A stretch of 64,000 nucleotides of DNA from Promethearchaeati archaeon (lineage in GTDB: Archaea; Asgardarchaeota; Heimdallarchaeia; Heimdallarchaeales; Heimdallarchaeaceae). Position numbers and translations under genes: made by a program. The DNA is taken from the NCBI GenBank assembly GCA_013166775.1, contig JABLTJ010000027.1:9588-73587 (forward strand), written 5' to 3'. Shown in pieces: positions 41,306 to 49,626 of the stretch (positions within the stretch are counted from its first letter, which is position 1; the number at the start of each line of letters is the position of its first letter). Below the pieces are notes generated by a model that saw nothing but the letters and a program-made list of their open reading frames with translations, did no database searches and had not been told where the DNA came from.

Positions 41306-41875
41306 TTAAAGCAACTGCAGGAATTCTTTGGCAAAATTTTCAATCTGAATCCAATCCCGAAGATCAGTTATTTCTTTGGTAGAGTCGGTTTCTAATCCAG
41401 TTTGCTTCCCAACCATTACTAGTATTTTTTTATCAAGCCAGCTCATCCTTGATGTTTTAGATAGATCCATTAAACCTCCAAAAGCATCAAAAAGATCTAC
41501 TTTTTCCACTCCTAGTTTGTTTAGTGCATCCTTTGTGTATTCTACTTTCACTTTCTCATAATGTTCTGGAACTGCAGCATAACCAGAGCTAACGAAGAAC
41601 CCCAGCTTTCCCTTAAATGAGTTAAGAGCATCCTTTTTCTTTGTTATAAAATTCTTTACATGTTTTGTCCATTGACCTATTTTTATACTAGTTCCAATTA
41701 AGATTCCAGCATAATTATCGAAGGATAAATATTCATCATTTGCAGGTGGTTTTTTCAGATCTACAACTAAAACGTCAAATTCGTTTTCACCTAGAATGCT
41801 AGCTATTCGTTCAGAGATACCTTCTGTACTTCCGTAACGTGTCCCATACAAAATCAATACTTTCTTTTTATTCAT
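41306..41875 (-). CDS. Flavodoxin-domain protein (HemG-like)
   Basis: YGTRYGSTEGI, DLRDW..I..FA. Confidence 0.88.
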   Translation of the reverse strand: MNKKKVLILYGTRYGSTEGISERIASILGENEFDVLVVDLKKPPANDEYLSFDNYAGILIGTSIKIGQWTKHVKNFITKKKDALNSFKGKLGFFVSSGYAAVPEHYEKVKVEYTKDALNKLGVEKVDLFDAFGGLMDLSKTSRMSWLDKKILVMVGKQTGLETDSTKEITDLRDWIQIENFAKEFLQLL

Positions 41876-41921
41876 TATTATCTACTCACATTTCATTTTA
41901 AGATTTTAACTCAATCTCTAT

Positions 41922-42467
41922 TTACTTATTCTTCTTAAATTTCAGACCAGGAATCCATTTAGCTACACTCTTCCTGTAATTCTCATAATCCTCTCCGAAT
42001 TGAGCTAATAATAATCTTTCTTCATAAGAGGAGATGAAATCATAGAAAATAATTATGATAATCCAAAATCCTAGGGATGCTAGAGAAAAAGTTGCAAGAA
42101 ATAATCCCAAGAATAGTAAGATAAATCCTAAATACATTGGATGTCGTACAACTGCAAATACTCCTTTTTTTATTACTCCATGTTCATCTCTTTCTTCACC
42201 AAAAACCATTCCGTGAGCTTTGAATGCTAAAAAACCAGCAAAAATCAAAGTAAAGCTTGAAAGAATTCCTCTAACATAATTAGGAACATATTGAATAAGA
42301 AAAGTAGAGAATTTAAAAACAAAGGAATCCAAAATCCAGAGGACTAGAAAACTGAAAAGCAAAATCAGTTGTCCAATATCTGAAAGTTTGTGTTCTCCAG
42401 CTAAATCAATTCTATGTTCATATTCTTTCCTTTTGTGCCCTTTGATTTCTTCTTCTCTTTTATTCAT
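41922..42467 (-). CDS. ICMT/PEMT-family membrane methyltransferase
   Basis: GVFAVVRHPMYLG...EERLL...FGEDY..Y...V. Confidence 0.9.
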   Translation of the reverse strand: MNKREEEIKGHKRKEYEHRIDLAGEHKLSDIGQLILLFSFLVLWILDSFVFKFSTFLIQYVPNYVRGILSSFTLIFAGFLAFKAHGMVFGEERDEHGVIKKGVFAVVRHPMYLGFILLFLGLFLATFSLASLGFWIIIIIFYDFISSYEERLLLAQFGEDYENYRKSVAKWIPGLKFKKNK

Positions 42468-42515
42468 AAAGAAAATATTGTATGTTTATTATTTATTTGT
42501 TTGTAAATACGAAGT

Positions 42516-43001
42516 TTGCATCAATCCTTAAAGTTTATTAGGTTAGGTTATAACATCTACGAGATGACAACAATCACTAAAAGCGAAACCAGGAAGAAAC
42601 CAAATAGTTTTTTCAAATATCTAGCAATATTTGTAGGTCTTCTTGTAATTGGAACTTTAGTAACAGCTCTAGTTTTGATGTTCACATCATTTAGCTTTAA
42701 CGGAGGAGAATTTAATATTGATAGACTGAACCTTTCAACATATTTGTTATATGGTGTTGCAGGATCATTCCCGTTAATCTTTATGCCGACAATTTTTCTA
42801 TGGGTTTTTTCGAGAAGAAAAAGTATAATGAATAATGTGAAAATCAGTATGCAAGCCAGAGGAATAGGTCCTTTTGCAGCTAGCTTTCAACATCCAGGAG
42901 TAAAAAATGCTAGATTTTGTGAATATTGTGGGTATGAAGTTAGAACAGGAGAACGAGAATGTCCAGAATGCAGTGGGCCTGTAAGAAAGTTAGATATATA
43001 A
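42516..43001 (+). CDS. Two-TM protein with C-terminal zinc ribbon (probable start 42564)
   Basis: Two TMs; CEYCG-x8-CPECS. Confidence 0.75.
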   Translation: MHQSLKFIRLGYNIYEMTTITKSETRKKPNSFFKYLAIFVGLLVIGTLVTALVLMFTSFSFNGGEFNIDRLNLSTYLLYGVAGSFPLIFMPTIFLWVFSRRKSIMNNVKISMQARGIGPFAASFQHPGVKNARFCEYCGYEVRTGERECPECSGPVRKLDI

Positions 43002-43293
43002 TTGATAGACTTTTAAAGACTAAGCTTTTAACGAATCATTTTCTAAATATTAGAATCTACTTGTAGATTCTTACTTCATTTTGTAATCTGTTTTATTTCA
43101 AAAACAAAGCTTTTAATAAAGCAATAAACACTCTTCGTTTTGAAACCACTCTCTTGATTCACAGAAGGGAAGGGTCACAGGAAAGCGTTTAGCAAGAAAA
43201 GGAAGAAAAAATCTTTTGCTTATTGTTTTTCAGTATTTCATTTTAAGGTCGCACTATAGAAATCGATAAAAAGATAAATTTTGTAGCATAAAC

Positions 43294-43731
43294 ATGATAA
43301 GATCTCTCTACATTATGTCACCAGGAGGTGTTCCAGTCTATTATTATGATAGGATTCTGCAGGAAGATAAGGTAGCAGATGCGATTCTCTTTACGGCATT
43401 AATTACAGCGATTAAGAATTTCATGATAGAGACCGATGTAGGAGAACCTGAAGTTTTTTCAACCAAAACAAGAGAAGTATACTTGGAATCAACGGATTGT
43501 TTTAGTGTAGCTCTAATAAAAGATGTGGATGATACTATTCATACTACAATCGTCAAAGGACTCCTTTCAGACCTTACTTCCGAACTTTATTTTGTTTTAG
43601 GTGATGATCAAGCTTGTAACGTAATAGATTTGGAACAAGCAGAGATGGTAAAAGATATAGCAGACTTGGTAATAAATGAGTGGGAGAAAAAAATAGAACT
43701 GGAAAGAAAAGAAAAAGAAGAAAAAGAATAA
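43294..43731 (+). CDS. Longin/roadblock-like domain protein
   Basis: MIRSLYIMSPGGVPVYYY...LFTALITAIKNFMIE pattern typical of Asgard longin-like proteins. Confidence 0.65.
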   Translation: MIRSLYIMSPGGVPVYYYDRILQEDKVADAILFTALITAIKNFMIETDVGEPEVFSTKTREVYLESTDCFSVALIKDVDDTIHTTIVKGLLSDLTSELYFVLGDDQACNVIDLEQAEMVKDIADLVINEWEKKIELERKEKEEKE

Positions 43732-43749
43732 CTTTTTTTTGGTATTTAC

Positions 43750-44598
43750 TCATCTTGATCTTTCAAGCATTACAGAAGTTGCGGCTGAAATATACATCAG
43801 TGCTTGGAAAGTTTTGTATGCATCTATCATTGTAGAAGTTGTATATTCAATATTCAATGCATCTGTTCTTTTGACAAAAGGTAAAAGTGCTATAGCATCT
43901 GCCTGATGTGTATCCCTTAATGTTAACTTTACTTCAACTGGTGTCTTAGTTACAAGGGGTTGGACATTCTTTTCACTGAAATTGGAATGAGCTCTATTGA
44001 CTGCATTTCGTAAATCTTTCTCTATTTTCACCAAGCTTGGACTTTTCGCAGAGAGTCTGCTATATGATTGTTTGAGAGCAACCGTTTCTGACCAAGGGGC
44101 ATAAGTCTTCACATCATCCTCAAGGAGTTGTCTGTCACCTGCAACAAGAATCACAGGAACATTAAGTTCTCCAGCTACGTAAGCATTCAAAAGAAATTCA
44201 CTTGACTCAACACCATTTACCAAGATTTTGTGTACTGAACCTCCACTGTAAGTATGATCAAAAGTAGAATTCTCAGTTGCTGCTTTTGCATGATAGCCTA
44301 AGAACAGTGCTACATCACATTCAGCTACACCTGCAACCATACTTGTTGGTCGTAAACTACCACGAATTATTTCCACGCATTCTGGTAAATCATCAACAAG
44401 CAGATTTACCATGGGACCATGGGAATCAGCTATGATAATCTTATCAAAACCATTTTTGTGTAATTGATCTGTTACGACTAAGGTAATTTTGGTTGCAATT
44501 TTCCTTACTTCTTCGTACTGTGCACCTTTGAGGTTCAAATGACCAGGTATTACCACGTATGGCATTCCTTCTAAATCAACAGAGATAAATGCTTTCAT
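43750..44598 (-). CDS. dppA: D-aminopeptidase, M55 family
   Basis: ISVDLEG, DSHG, GYHA, HTYS, SEF..N, VP...VAGD. Confidence 0.93.
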   Translation of the reverse strand: MKAFISVDLEGMPYVVIPGHLNLKGAQYEEVRKIATKITLVVTDQLHKNGFDKIIIADSHGPMVNLLVDDLPECVEIIRGSLRPTSMVAGVAECDVALFLGYHAKAATENSTFDHTYSGGSVHKILVNGVESSEFLLNAYVAGELNVPVILVAGDRQLLEDDVKTYAPWSETVALKQSYSRLSAKSPSLVKIEKDLRNAVNRAHSNFSEKNVQPLVTKTPVEVKLTLRDTHQADAIALLPFVKRTDALNIEYTTSTMIDAYKTFQALMYISAATSVMLERSR

Positions 44599-44693
44599 CT
44601 AATTCACTTCATAATAAATTGTCGAAAACTAATTAAAGTATTTCGCACACAAACTAGTTTGTAACTAAATCATACTGACTTTGATGTGATTGT

Positions 44694-45551
44694 TTGAAAA
44701 TCAAGATAAAGTGCATTTATGATAGTAATATTAGACAAATAGATAATTTTGGCTCCTTCAATGGAGTATCCTTTCTTCTTGAAACAAATAGAGGTAAAAT
44801 GCTGTTTGATACTGGACTGGTCAGTTGGAGATTACTAAGAAATTTAAAAAATCTAGAAATTTCTCCTAATAGTATAGATAGAGTAGCAATTTCACATGGA
44901 CACATGGATCATGTACGAGGAATCAAAGCACTCGCAAAAGTCCGATCAACTGACACGAAACTGAAGATTTTTGCTCATCCGAATATTATGGAGACAAAGA
45001 AAGCATGTTTTTATGGAATTAAGCTTTGGAATGCAGGCTTTCCAAAAATGACAACAGAACTAATGGACAAACTGGATTTTGATTACAGCAAAGAACTTCG
45101 CGAGATTGAACCTCAAATATTTCTGTCAGGAGAAATCCCGTTTGAGAAAAGAAAGGAAGAACAGAATTTATCACAATTTTTCTGGCACAAAGTTAATGGA
45201 AATTGGAAACACGATCCAATCATAGAAGAACAATGTATGATAATTAAGACTAGTAAGGGTTTAGTAATAATGTCTGGAGATTGCCATATAGGATTAAAAA
45301 ACACTTTATTCAGGGTTAGAGAGTTATTTGATGAAAAAATTTATGCTTTTATTGGAGGACTACATTTGACTAAATCAACCACTAAGAAAATTACCAAAAT
45401 TACTGAGGCGATTGAGCAAAACTTCAGTCACATAAAGTTTTACCTTAATCATACTTCAATTGTAAGAGCAATCAGTCATTTCAGAAAAAAGTTAGGTGAG
45501 GATATTATTAATAATTTCTTTTTAGGTTCAGAATTAATTTTTGAATATTAA
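44694..45551 (+). CDS. MBL-fold hydrolase (methanopterin-precursor synthase-like)
   Basis: LFDTG, SHGHMDH, SGDCH.G, IGGLH, NHT. Confidence 0.8.
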   Translation: MKIKIKCIYDSNIRQIDNFGSFNGVSFLLETNRGKMLFDTGLVSWRLLRNLKNLEISPNSIDRVAISHGHMDHVRGIKALAKVRSTDTKLKIFAHPNIMETKKACFYGIKLWNAGFPKMTTELMDKLDFDYSKELREIEPQIFLSGEIPFEKRKEEQNLSQFFWHKVNGNWKHDPIIEEQCMIIKTSKGLVIMSGDCHIGLKNTLFRVRELFDEKIYAFIGGLHLTKSTTKKITKITEAIEQNFSHIKFYLNHTSIVRAISHFRKKLGEDIINNFFLGSELIFEY

Positions 45552-45564
45552 AAAAAGAAGGGAA

Positions 45565-46233
45565 TTATTTTCCCACTTCTTTAAGAATCTGTGGAATAAG
45601 ATTTTTAAAATCAGCAGTTTCAGGAATTCCTTGGTAAGGATCACCCTGTCGAACAACATTCAATATAGCTACATCAGCACCATTAAAATAAGCAGAACGA
45701 ATTCCACTTGGTTCTAAACCCCCAGCTACAGAAATGAAAGAATCAAACTTAGAATGTGTTTTTGCTATATCTTTATACCGTATAATCTTTCTTCTTGTGC
45801 TCTCCTCATCTCTTCCCTTATGAATTACAATAAAATCTGGTTTAGTCTTCAATGCTAAAAGATGTTTTAGTGGATTCTCTACACCAAGCATATCAACCAT
45901 AGAATATATACCTCTTGAAGTACACGTTTGATTAAAGAGATCAATGGTTTCCGTAGGAGCTGAACCCATGACAGTTACTGCAGTAGCACCTGCCTGTGAA
46001 GCAAACATAACTTCATTCACGGCTCCATCTGTAACCTTCAAATCTGCTACAACAAGCCCTTTCCAATATCTTCTAATGAGTCCTACTCCAGCCATTCCAG
46101 TTAGTTTGATATAAGGTGTACCCGCTTCAATGATAATTCGTGAATCGTAAGGAATCTTTGGTAATATTCTTCGAACTTGGCTTGCATCAGAGTTAAACGC
46201 TATTTGGAGATAGCGAGTATTGGGATCTAACAA
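45565..46233 (-). CDS. 3-hexulose-6-phosphate synthase/OMP decarboxylase-fold protein
   Basis: YLQIAF, IEAGTPYIK..G, VADLK..DG, VAGG; GGGGAG RBS. Confidence 0.8.
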   Translation of the reverse strand: MLDPNTRYLQIAFNSDASQVRRILPKIPYDSRIIIEAGTPYIKLTGMAGVGLIRRYWKGLVVADLKVTDGAVNEVMFASQAGATAVTVMGSAPTETIDLFNQTCTSRGIYSMVDMLGVENPLKHLLALKTKPDFIVIHKGRDEESTRRKIIRYKDIAKTHSKFDSFISVAGGLEPSGIRSAYFNGADVAILNVVRQGDPYQGIPETADFKNLIPQILKEVGK

Positions 46234-46244
46234 TTAACTCCCCT

Positions 46245-47024
46245 TTATTTGGTTACTTTTTTTACCGCGTCTGTTATCCCTTCAGAAATATCATTAGGCA
46301 TGAATATGACAATTTTCTCACTTGGGTCTTGAGCAATATCCCTGATAGTTTGAAGTGTTCGTAGAGCTAAAGCACCTTTTTGTTTGGATAAGTTTTCAGC
46401 AGCATCAGCGAGGTTTTGAGATGCTTTAAGTTCTCCTTCTGATTGAATGATTGCAGCTCTTTTCTCTCTTTCAGCTTCAGCTTGCTTTGCGAAAGCTCTT
46501 TTCATTTCTCCTGGTAATTCAATCTCTTGGATTTTTATACCTTGGATATCTATTCCCCACTCACTTGTTTCCTTGTCTACAATCTCTCTGATATCTTGTG
46601 CGATTTTATCTCTTTCAATTAGAACTTGATCAAGTTCCATAGTGCCCATCGTGTCACGAAGAGCTGCTTGAGTGTATTGACGAACAGCATAAACATAATT
46701 CTCGATTTTGATAACTGCATCTGCAGGTCTTTCAACTTTGAAATAAACCACAGTATTAGCTAAAACAGGTATATTATCCTTGGTCATCACTTCTTGTCTA
46801 GGGATATCCTGAGTAATTATTCTCAAATCAACTTTTCTAGCTGATTCCACAAATGGTGTAACATAGACCAATCCTGGACCAAGAGTTCTTTTGTATCTTC
46901 CAAATCTAAAGACTACTATTCGCTCATATTCCATTGTAATTTTTATTCCCGCTAAGAACGTAATTATTAGTACGAAAGCTAAGATAGAAACTATTACTAT
47001 TACAATTGTCCAATAAAATTCCAT
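46245..47024 (-). CDS. SPFH/stomatin (band 7) protein
   Basis: EYERIVVFRFGR, QEVMTKDN, QAEAEREKRA, ALALRTLQT. Confidence 0.95.
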   Translation of the reverse strand: MEFYWTIVIVIVSILAFVLIITFLAGIKITMEYERIVVFRFGRYKRTLGPGLVYVTPFVESARKVDLRIITQDIPRQEVMTKDNIPVLANTVVYFKVERPADAVIKIENYVYAVRQYTQAALRDTMGTMELDQVLIERDKIAQDIREIVDKETSEWGIDIQGIKIQEIELPGEMKRAFAKQAEAEREKRAAIIQSEGELKASQNLADAAENLSKQKGALALRTLQTIRDIAQDPSEKIVIFMPNDISEGITDAVKKVTK

Positions 47025-47169
47025 TACATTGATTCTCCTTGTTAATTTAATTGTAATTTATCAAAGAGTTCTATTTAATGTTTTGTGAATACCTAAAAAA
47101 TTTGAGAATGTATTCTCAAGGAATACTTGATAATAGAACTCTTATAAGTGCATAATTAACTCAATAATT

Positions 47170-48048
47170 ATGTCAGACTACATAATAAAAAAATATGAAG
47201 AAGGATTTATTGAAGAACAAGTAAAAGTAGGAACTGAAGCTATAAAAGACTGGAAATATTTCGGTCAAACTCAAGCAGAACAACTAAAAGAAGCTTATTC
47301 TAGAGAGGATTTTGATCCTGAAACTAGATTATATTGTTTTAAAGATGATAAGATGGTTGGTTTTTTAACTGCTAGAGTAGTTGAGAGAGAGGATACAAAA
47401 TTTGGTTTTCTAAGATTACCTTTCTTTTTACCAGAGCACGAAGAAGTTGCAGAATTACTATTCAATGAAGTTGTTGAGGTTTTTAAGAAAAAAGGAGTAG
47501 ATAATATCAGAGCTGAAGGTTCAGAAGTTTGGGGAAACACTCTGGATTTGATAAAAAAATGGAATTTCAGAGAAAAAGAAACTAGTTTCTATACTTATGA
47601 ATTAGATTTGAAAGATTTGAAAGACCTTGAAGTTGATGAAACGATAGAAGTGGTGGATTTTGATTTCGATAAAGATCTAGACCAAATGGTTAAGATTTTC
47701 ATAGAAGAGTTCAGTTATACAGAGGAACAAGCAAAGCAGAATTTCGAGACAATCAAAAACTTCGAAGGTGTCTATGCTCATTTAATAGTTAAAGAAGATG
47801 ATAAAATTAAGGGGAGAGCATTAGCTTATTTCACTGATGATATAAAAGTAGCAATTAATGGATACATATATGGGGAACCTAATATTCAAAAAACACTTCA
47901 GAAAGCAATTTTTGAAAAGTCTAAAGAAAAAGAAGTAGAAAGAATGCAGATGTTCTTCAATCCTAGGAATGAAAACACAATCCCGACATATGAGGAGTAT
48001 GGATTTAAGCTTGGATGCAAAGGAATTGTTTTTGAGAAAGATATCTAA
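47170..48048 (+). CDS. Tandem GNAT-fold protein (paralog of 58480..59355)
   Basis: FDPETRLYCF...VGFL; colinear with the paralog. Confidence 0.75.
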   Translation: MSDYIIKKYEEGFIEEQVKVGTEAIKDWKYFGQTQAEQLKEAYSREDFDPETRLYCFKDDKMVGFLTARVVEREDTKFGFLRLPFFLPEHEEVAELLFNEVVEVFKKKGVDNIRAEGSEVWGNTLDLIKKWNFREKETSFYTYELDLKDLKDLEVDETIEVVDFDFDKDLDQMVKIFIEEFSYTEEQAKQNFETIKNFEGVYAHLIVKEDDKIKGRALAYFTDDIKVAINGYIYGEPNIQKTLQKAIFEKSKEKEVERMQMFFNPRNENTIPTYEEYGFKLGCKGIVFEKDI

Positions 48049-48072
48049 CTTATCTTCTTCCTTTCCATTTTT

Positions 48073-48207
48073 TTATTCTGGAGGTTTTGTAGGGATATCA
48101 GAACCATCAGGAAAAATCCATAGAAACATTTTCTTAAATGATCTCCACTGAAAACGGAGTATAATTCTTATCTCAATCTGATTATCTTTTTCACTAATAA
48201 AATCAAC
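48073..48207 (-). pseudogene. Orphan 3' gene remnant
   Basis: 44 open codons (VDFISEK...WIFPDGSDIPTKPPE*) with no usable start. Confidence 0.4.
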
Positions 48208-48295
48208 CTACATTGTTTTAACTAAAGAATTATTGTCTATTATGGGCATAAAGAAAATTCGTTAACGTATTGATTTTTATTTTGAAGAAGACATT

Positions 48296-49282
48296 TCATG
48301 CATATTTATCTGGTAAATGAACAATAAAACTGCATTTTTCATCTCCTTTGAGTACAGAATCAATTACATCTACTCTAACTGGTTGGTTTAAGATGGAATC
48401 CCACTGTTGTTTATAATAACCAGCACTGCAATAGCAGAACATAGCTGAAATGTCCATATCTCCTTTCTTTATAGAATCTCTAATCCAGGGACAATGACAA
48501 TAATAATAGCTCTTCATTTTAGGATCTTTCTCAAGTAAATACTCTTTAGTCAAAAAGGGGATTTTAGTTATGATAACTTTATCTCCTTCACGTTTTCCTG
48601 ACTCAATCGTCTGATCTTTACTTACATAATCAATTACAGACTCATCAACTTCCTGTGTGTAAAATTTAGTTCCTTCTTCAAGATTCTTTGTGAGATTAGC
48701 AATAAGTCTCTGATGCTTTTGAAAAAGAAAATCATCAAGATTTTCAGCAGCAAGGAATTGAGCCCGAAGCCTTTGCAAAGTTCCAGAACCAATGATGTGA
48801 ATACCACTAGAAAGAATTTCTTTGCATTTCTCACAAGGAAGATTTTCTTCAAGGTTATCAATAATCTTCTTGGTGAAAAAAGGTTTATCTTCATGTGGTG
48901 TCCTTAAAGGAGGAAGTTCAAATCCTTCCATGGTTCTGTTGAAAGTTTCTTTGTCAACACTCTGTTGTAATTTTTCAACCAAAGTGTCTAAAACCTTAGC
49001 ACCATCAAGGATATCATAGAGGAAAAGAGTCAAATCCTCTCTTTTAGCAAAAAGGGAATAGCGAACCACAGCAGCTAGATTATCCCAAGAATCTTTTTTA
49101 TTTTCAGTTAAATTACTGATAAAGAAATCCAAATCTTCAACTGTGCATTTGTCTAATCCGTTCTTTTCTTTTTCAGTATTCAATAATGATCTAAATTCCC
49201 TTAATAAAGAGAGATTTTGCTCAATATCCTCTGTTTTTGTTTTTAGTTTTGTACAGTATTCCACAAAAGAAAGTTCGTCCAT
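48296..49282 (-). CDS. DUF6144-like Cys-rich (V4R-related) protein
   Basis: YYCHCPW...FCYCSAGY...SVLKGDEKCSF. Confidence 0.7.
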   Translation of the reverse strand: MDELSFVEYCTKLKTKTEDIEQNLSLLREFRSLLNTEKEKNGLDKCTVEDLDFFISNLTENKKDSWDNLAAVVRYSLFAKREDLTLFLYDILDGAKVLDTLVEKLQQSVDKETFNRTMEGFELPPLRTPHEDKPFFTKKIIDNLEENLPCEKCKEILSSGIHIIGSGTLQRLRAQFLAAENLDDFLFQKHQRLIANLTKNLEEGTKFYTQEVDESVIDYVSKDQTIESGKREGDKVIITKIPFLTKEYLLEKDPKMKSYYYCHCPWIRDSIKKGDMDISAMFCYCSAGYYKQQWDSILNQPVRVDVIDSVLKGDEKCSFIVHLPDKYA

Positions 49283-49335
49283 TTATTTCATCTCATTTTA
49301 TAATATGATGGTCTCAATAGTTGAGAAACTTATAC

Positions 49336-49410
49336 GTGTTTTGGTAGGGTAAAAAGTAAAAACAGTTCTTCTGACTTGTTTTTTTTCTTACAGTAATTAT
49401 TTTAAACTCA
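49336..49410 (+). repeat. Direct repeat copy 1 (with 54484..54543)
   Basis: gtgttttg...aaaacagttcttctg...tcttacagt.attattttaaac shared. Confidence 0.75.
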
Positions 49411-49626
49411 TTCATGGCATACATCTTGGTTTTTTAAATGAAAACGCCTATAGAATAAGAAACAGATAAAAAAATCCCATCCAATCGGAGAGCTTTATCT
49501 GTACTTTTTCTTTCAGTTTTAGAGATAAATAAGAATTAAATGTAGAAATATGATAAATTTTAACCTCTTTTGAAAATTCTTAAGAAAAAAAATAAAAATA
49601 AGTAAAGCTTCTTTGTTAACTTAAGA

